NCBI GenBank assembly: GCA_963677495.2
Contig: CAXXOU010000004.1
Location: forward strand, 704,001-768,000
DNA length: 64,000 nucleotides
DNA from: Candidatus Cloacimonadales bacterium
GTDB lineage: Bacteria; Cloacimonadota; Cloacimonadia; Cloacimonadales; JAFGVF01
Reading direction: 5' to 3'
A model generated the notes under the pieces. The model did no database searches. It had not been told where the DNA came from and was given only the letters and a program-made list of their open reading frames with translations. This document shows positions 59,064 through 64,000 of the stretch, one piece after another; the first letter of the stretch is position 1, and every line of letters starts with the position of its first letter. A program made the position numbers and the translations under genes.

Positions 59064-60452
59064 TTACAATAACTTATAAACTGTTCCATCTTTAGTATCT
59101 AATAACTGAACCTTTAGTGCAAGCAGGTCATCTCTAATTCTATCTGCAAGTACCCAGTTCTTATCTTTCTTAGCATCATTTCTATATGTAATAAGCAGGT
59201 TGATAAGGCTTTCACTGATTTGATTCATATCATTTGAAAGCTTCGTTTCAATGTCTGCGAAGAATCCCAGTACTCTTCCAAGTTCAACCATCAGATGTGC
59301 TGCATCTTTTCTTAACTGCATATCTTCGCTTGCTTTACCAACTATCTTAGCTAAATCAAAGAGAGTAGCAATAGCTATTGCACTGTTAAAGTCATCATCC
59401 ATAGCTTTAACAAATTTATCCTTGAACTTAACTAGTGCATCAGAAACCTCATAAGACTCATCTGCAAAAGAAAGATAATCTACTTTCTCCAGTGCCTTAT
59501 AGAAGTTCTTAACTGCTTTCTCTGATTCATCCAGGATCCCTGTATTGTAATCAATGGGTGAACGGTAATGCTTTGATAAGAAGAAGAACCTTACAGCTTC
59601 AGAGTCATATTTCTTAAGCACATCTCTAAGAGTGAAGAAATTGTTCAGACTCTTAGACATCTTTTCACCTTCTATATTAATAAATCCATTGTGCATCCAA
59701 TAATTACATAATGGTTTCTTATTAACAGCATAAGCTTGAGCTAACTCATTCTCGTGATGAGGGAATACTAGGTCAATACCACCGCCATGAATATCAAAAG
59801 TCTCACCAAGATTTGCACATGACATCACAACACATTCACTGTGCCAACCCGGACGGCCTTCACCCCAAGGAGAATCCCATTTTGGTTCACCCGGTTTAGA
59901 TGCTTTCCATAGTGTGAAGTCATAAGGATTACGTTTCTGTGTGTTTTCCTGTATACGCGCTCCTGCTTGCATATCTTCGAGTTTTCGACCTGATAATGAA
60001 CCATACTGTGGAAGTTTATCAACAGCAAAGTAAACATCACCATTTACAGCATATGCAGCTTCAATCTCTACCATCTTATCAATAAAGGCAATAATCTCCT
60101 CAATCACATCAGTAGCTTTTGGTTGGATATCAGCTCCAACTATACCCAAGGCTTTTATATCATCTAAGAAAGCTTTTATATACTTCTCAGTTACCTTCTC
60201 GAAAGGAATACCTTCCTCATTGGCTTTGTTGATTATCTTATCATCTATATCTGTTATATTCTGTACGTAGGTTACATCATAGCCAATGTATCTAAAATAG
60301 TTTTTAACTACATCAAAAAAGAGAAATGGTCTTGCATTTCCAATATGGAAATAGTTATAAACTGTTGGTCCGCAGGAGTACATCTTTACTTTTCCCGCTT
60401 CAACAGGCACAAACTCCTCTTTCTTACGTGTCATTGTGTTATATATTTTCAT
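59064..60452 (-). CDS. cysS: Cysteine--tRNA ligase
   Basis: CGPTVY, HIGNAR, GRPGWH.EC, KMSKS. Confidence 0.98.
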   Translation of the reverse strand: MKIYNTMTRKKEEFVPVEAGKVKMYSCGPTVYNYFHIGNARPFLFFDVVKNYFRYIGYDVTYVQNITDIDDKIINKANEEGIPFEKVTEKYIKAFLDDIKALGIVGADIQPKATDVIEEIIAFIDKMVEIEAAYAVNGDVYFAVDKLPQYGSLSGRKLEDMQAGARIQENTQKRNPYDFTLWKASKPGEPKWDSPWGEGRPGWHSECVVMSCANLGETFDIHGGGIDLVFPHHENELAQAYAVNKKPLCNYWMHNGFINIEGEKMSKSLNNFFTLRDVLKKYDSEAVRFFFLSKHYRSPIDYNTGILDESEKAVKNFYKALEKVDYLSFADESYEVSDALVKFKDKFVKAMDDDFNSAIAIATLFDLAKIVGKASEDMQLRKDAAHLMVELGRVLGFFADIETKLSNDMNQISESLINLLITYRNDAKKDKNWVLADRIRDDLLALKVQLLDTKDGTVYKLL

Positions 60453-61002
60453 CTGATTCCTCATTTTTATCAAATCTCAAGAACGAGATAGTAACTTCTT
60501 TCTTTCTTTTATCTCTGAAAACAAACTCTTTATATTCTTCAGGTATTCTTTCTTTAGTTGCATGATCGACAACTATGATGCCACTAGGTTTGAGTATTTT
60601 GTATTCAATAATACTATCTAAAGTCTCTTTCACAAGTCCCTTACTGTAAGGTGGATCCATAAAGATAATATCATACTGCCTTTCGCATTTCTTAAGGAAC
60701 CTTTTCACAGTTTTTCGGTAGATATGACTGCATTTATCATATTTAGTCTTAGCTAGATTTTGTAACAACGGGGCCACAGCATTTGATGAGAACTCTACGA
60801 AATCAGCATATACAGCACCGCGACTCAAAGCTTCAATTCCTAATGAACCTGTACCTGCAAACAAATCTAAAACTTCTGTATCATCAATATCTTGTAACAC
60901 TGAGAAGATAAACTCTCGCATAAATCCTGTGGTAGGTCTAGAGGTATTACCATCAACAGAGAAGAGCTTGTAACCCTTTCTTTTTCCTGCTATTATTCTC
61001 AT
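60439..61002 (-). CDS. rsmD: 16S rRNA m2G966 methyltransferase
   Basis: MRIIAG..KG, RPT, LDLFAGTGSLG.EALSRGA, DPPY. Confidence 0.93.
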   Translation of the reverse strand: MRIIAGKRKGYKLFSVDGNTSRPTTGFMREFIFSVLQDIDDTEVLDLFAGTGSLGIEALSRGAVYADFVEFSSNAVAPLLQNLAKTKYDKCSHIYRKTVKRFLKKCERQYDIIFMDPPYSKGLVKETLDSIIEYKILKPSGIIVVDHATKERIPEEYKEFVFRDKRKKEVTISFLRFDKNEESDENI

Positions 61003-61169
61003 TTCGTTTTCTTTGTTCGAGTACGTTTCTTTGAAACCATATCAAAGAAGGTGAGCTGAGTAGGTTTCTCCACAAAATTGGGACATGTTATCAGGCGAAC
61101 ATTCTTAGACTGCTTACATGAACACTCGCATTTTTGGCATAATTTATTTATATCTTTTGTTGAACTCAT
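60999..61169 (-). CDS. 56-aa Cys-rich protein not in ORF track
   Basis: MSSTKDINKLCQKCECSCKQSKNVRLITCPNFVEKPTQLTFFDM...; AGGAG RBS, ATGA overlap with rsmD. Confidence 0.65.
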   Translation of the reverse strand: MSSTKDINKLCQKCECSCKQSKNVRLITCPNFVEKPTQLTFFDMVSKKRTRTKKTK

Positions 61170-61187
61170 AAACTCCTGCTTGATTAC

Positions 61188-61820
61188 TTAAAAGAGTGAA
61201 CTAATGCTTTCAAGCAGCTCATTTCGGTCAATACTTTTTAATAGAGTATCTTCTCCGTATATTCTCTTCAAGTGGGTAATCAAATCCCTAACTACTAAAT
61301 TTTGTTTCAAAATATCTTCTGCTGAAGGGTGAGAATCACGTGGGGAAGAGGCTATCTTTTCCTTTATTTCCTCCTCCTCTTCAATTGTATCTAGTACTTC
61401 TTGAAAGACTTCATTAGGTTTCTCTACTTCCGGTTTCTGCTCTTTTACCGGTTCGTCCTCTTCAATGTCAATTATCTCAACAACTCTCTCCTCATCATCT
61501 TCAATCTCTATCTTAATATCGAAATCACTGGTGTCCGGATTGTAAGCCTCATTATAACGCTTGTATTGAGTAGGAGTAAGAATTCTGAATAACTCCTTCT
61601 CATGCTCATTAAAGATGAAAGCTAAGGGTGAATCATCTCTCTTCTTTCGCTTACCTGAAGAGATGAATTCATGCTTAAGTGTTTCTATCTTTTGAAACAA
61701 CTCTTCACTAGGGGTTTCTGAATAAATCGCTTCATATGTAGCAATAGCATCAGCAATTAATCCCTGACTTTCATATAGTTTTGCTAATGTTGATGTAGCT
61801 TTTATCTTATTCTCAGCCAT
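61188..61820 (-). CDS. Hypothetical protein with N-terminal TPR-like motif
   Basis: TSTLAKLYESQG...AI..YE; acidic linker. Confidence 0.7.
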   Translation of the reverse strand: MAENKIKATSTLAKLYESQGLIADAIATYEAIYSETPSEELFQKIETLKHEFISSGKRKKRDDSPLAFIFNEHEKELFRILTPTQYKRYNEAYNPDTSDFDIKIEIEDDEERVVEIIDIEEDEPVKEQKPEVEKPNEVFQEVLDTIEEEEEIKEKIASSPRDSHPSAEDILKQNLVVRDLITHLKRIYGEDTLLKSIDRNELLESISSLF

Positions 61821-62416
61821 TATTCCTGTCCAAGGTATGTATTCAACTCAAGTACCTCTATCGTTTTGGGACCGATGCCATTAACAATACGTAGCTCTTC
61901 ATATTGTTTAATCTGACCAACTCGATCACGATATTCAACAATACCTTGAGCTCGAAGTTTCCCAATTCCTTTGATACTTAAAAGCTGTTCAAATGTTGCT
62001 TTATTCAGGTCAAACATTGTGTCAATATTATCTTCTTTATAAACCGTAGCGCTACTGCTCTTATAACCTACACCATAGCCATAGGCTATGATTTTCTGCA
62101 CTGTATTCATACCAATGCCTTTGACCTTCATTATATCGTTTACTACAGAAAAACCATAGAAATCACGATACTCCACAAGTCGTTTTGCTCTCTTTGTACC
62201 TAATCCCGGAACCAGTATCCACTCTTCGTACGTTGCTTTGTGGATATCAAGATTTGGAAGGTTTTTTCTTTGCAAAGCAGCTTCTAATGAATCCGGACTG
62301 AGTACTTCTGATTCATTCTTTGTTTGTGCACTAAACAGAGTTGCAAGTATGAATAAAACAGTTAGAAAAAGTAATGTTTTTCTCTCAATAGATGTCATAT
62401 AGTTCTTTAATTTCAT
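61820..62416 (-). CDS. ComEA-like helix-hairpin-helix DNA-binding protein (two HhH domains)
   Basis: DIHKAT..VPGLG.KRA and DLNKAT..IKGIG..RA..IVEYR. Confidence 0.85.
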   Translation of the reverse strand: MKLKNYMTSIERKTLLFLTVLFILATLFSAQTKNESEVLSPDSLEAALQRKNLPNLDIHKATYEEWILVPGLGTKRAKRLVEYRDFYGFSVVNDIMKVKGIGMNTVQKIIAYGYGVGYKSSSATVYKEDNIDTMFDLNKATFEQLLSIKGIGKLRAQGIVEYRDRVGQIKQYEELRIVNGIGPKTIEVLELNTYLGQE

Positions 62417-62808
62417 GATTTACCTACTTTCACATAGATTGCTGTTGCTTCTGCAATCAAGTTATCTCCAGCCATAATCTTAGCAGAGGTTTTTATAATC
62501 CTACCCTTTGTTTCGGAAATAGTTCCAATTATGCTAATATGAGCTCCAACATTCAAGGGTTTCCTGTAATTGACAGTCATTTTTCCTGTGACAGCTTCAC
62601 CGATTTTCATTATAACGATTTTTGCCATTGCTTCATCAAGGATTGTTGAGATTATTCCACCATGAATAATCCCGGGATAACCTGCAAAAACAGCAGGACA
62701 GTCCCATTCTGCAATCGCATTATCATCTTCGTATCTAAACTTAAGTTTCAATCCAAACGGATGATTCTCTCCACAAGCAAAACATTCATTGTATTTAGGT
62801 TCTTCCAT
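62413..62808 (-). CDS. PaaI-like hotdog thioesterase
   Basis: CFACG..HPFGL.L, GYPGIIHGGII..ILDEAM. Confidence 0.88.
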   Translation of the reverse strand: MEEPKYNECFACGENHPFGLKLKFRYEDDNAIAEWDCPAVFAGYPGIIHGGIISTILDEAMAKIVIMKIGEAVTGKMTVNYRKPLNVGAHISIIGTISETKGRIIKTSAKIMAGDNLIAEATAIYVKVGKS

Positions 62809-62920
62809 TTAGCAAAATTATCTCCAAGTATTTATATGTCAATTTTATAGTGTATTATTTATTTGGCAAAGGTATTTTCTACAGAGAGGTATTATTTTGG
62901 TAATACACAGTGGGAATTTC

Positions 62921-63360
62921 AATGACTTACATCATTGGAGTCAAAGCGACCAAAGGGAGTTGGACTCATAGTGGTGTACTCTTGTCATTTTCGCTATTCG
63001 CTATTCGCCCATCTCCCTTCGGTCGCTATTGCTATTGCGACAGCTACTGGTTACATTCACTTCGCTCAGGGTGACATATCAGGAGCAGTCACCAGTGCGA
63101 GTTTACGAGCTTGGGGAAATGCGGAAAAGAAATGTTATCCGGTAGGCATTTAGTTGTTTGCCTAACGACTTATGAGCTCCTCCCGCTAGTCGTAGGTTCC
63201 CCGAACTCCCGTTGTTAGTAATTGTGACTATTTCATATTATCATAGTCAGTGTGATTTGCAATAACTTACAGCATTGGAGTCAAAGCGACCAAGGGAGTT
63301 GGACTCATAGTGGTGTACTCTTGCTAGAATTCGCTATGAGCCCAACTCGTAAACTAGCTG
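62921..63360. repeat. Intergenic repeat cluster with a ~64-bp direct repeat
   Basis: CATTGGAGTCAAAGCGACCA(A)AGGGAGTTGGACTCATAGTGGTGTACTCTTG within 62921-62984 and 63261-63323. Confidence 0.85.
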
Positions 63361-63688
63361 TAGCTCCAGCTTCCAATTAGTTACACAGTGCCATTACCAA
63401 CAACTTAGCTATATTTATTACCCTTCATACTCCCTTTTACTGCTCATTCCACCAACGCACTGTGCACGCACTGTGTCCCCACTTTGAAGGCACTGCCAAC
63501 CCACTGTTTCACTGGGTGCACAGTGCGTGCACAGTGGGAAAACAGTGCGATGATTGCGTTTTGTTGGATAGTCAAGTGAAAGAGTACTATTATTGTACAG
63601 ATACTTATGAAATGAAATCATTTGACATAGAATAGGCTCAATCATATATGACAAACAAAATAACAAATAACATCTCAAGGAGAATCAT

Positions 63689-64000
63689 ATGAGTACTGAC
63701 GTAAGAGTCAGGTTTGCTCCAAGTCCGACCGGATACCTACATCTTGGAGGATTACGTGTAGCCTTATACAATTATGCTTTTGCAAAACAAAACAATGGCA
63801 AGTTCATACTTAGAATAGAAGATACAGACCAAGCACGTCTAGTTGAAGGTGCTGTTGAAAACTTAATTAGTTCATTAGAAGTAATGGGAATTACTTATGA
63901 TGAAGGTCCTAATAAAGACGCCGAATATGGCCCATATTTCCAGTCTCAAAGATTAGACATCTATAGAAAATATATCAATGAGCTAATTGCTAAAGGTCAT
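63689..64000 (+). CDS. gltX: Glutamate--tRNA ligase (5' part)
   Basis: [35 protein letters not shown]. Confidence 0.95.
   Translation, partial: MSTDVRVRFAPSPTGYLHLGGLRVALYNYAFAKQNNGKFILRIEDTDQARLVEGAVENLISSLEVMGITYDEGPNKDAEYGPYFQSQRLDIYRKYINELIAKGH

Noticed and set aside
4410..62850. Numerous antisense or alternate-frame ORFs overlapping confident genes
   Set aside because: Shadow ORFs fully inside well-supported CDSs with no motifs.

Overview
AT-rich bacterial chromosome window; the host lineage cannot be fixed from sequence alone, and Cloacimonadota or another FCB-type anaerobe is only a guess from the secreted adhesin-like protein and the dcw layout. From left to right it holds the 5' part of a secreted protein gene, a low-GC four-gene cassette led by a uracil-DNA-glycosylase-like gene, a phosphate butyryltransferase, and a complete IS21 element with a 9-bp target duplication. 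Next is a ~30.6 kb apparently intact Mu-like transposable prophage (~7871-38518), followed by a dcw cluster (murE-murF fusion, no ftsA, frameshifted mraY) and housekeeping genes (M18 peptidase, serC, TPR protein, cysS, rsmD, comEA-like, thioesterase, gltX). The prophage is the main interest. Its ends carry inverted arrays of an 18-bp putative transposase site with non-TG...CA termini and a 119-bp tandem array. Its MuA transposase has a ~120-aa in-frame linker built from host REP-like repeats. It also has a MuF toxin/immunity pair, a PIN toxin-antitoxin moron, a protease-capsid-Ig triple fusion, a -1 frameshifted tail chaperone and a strongly rearranged gene order.
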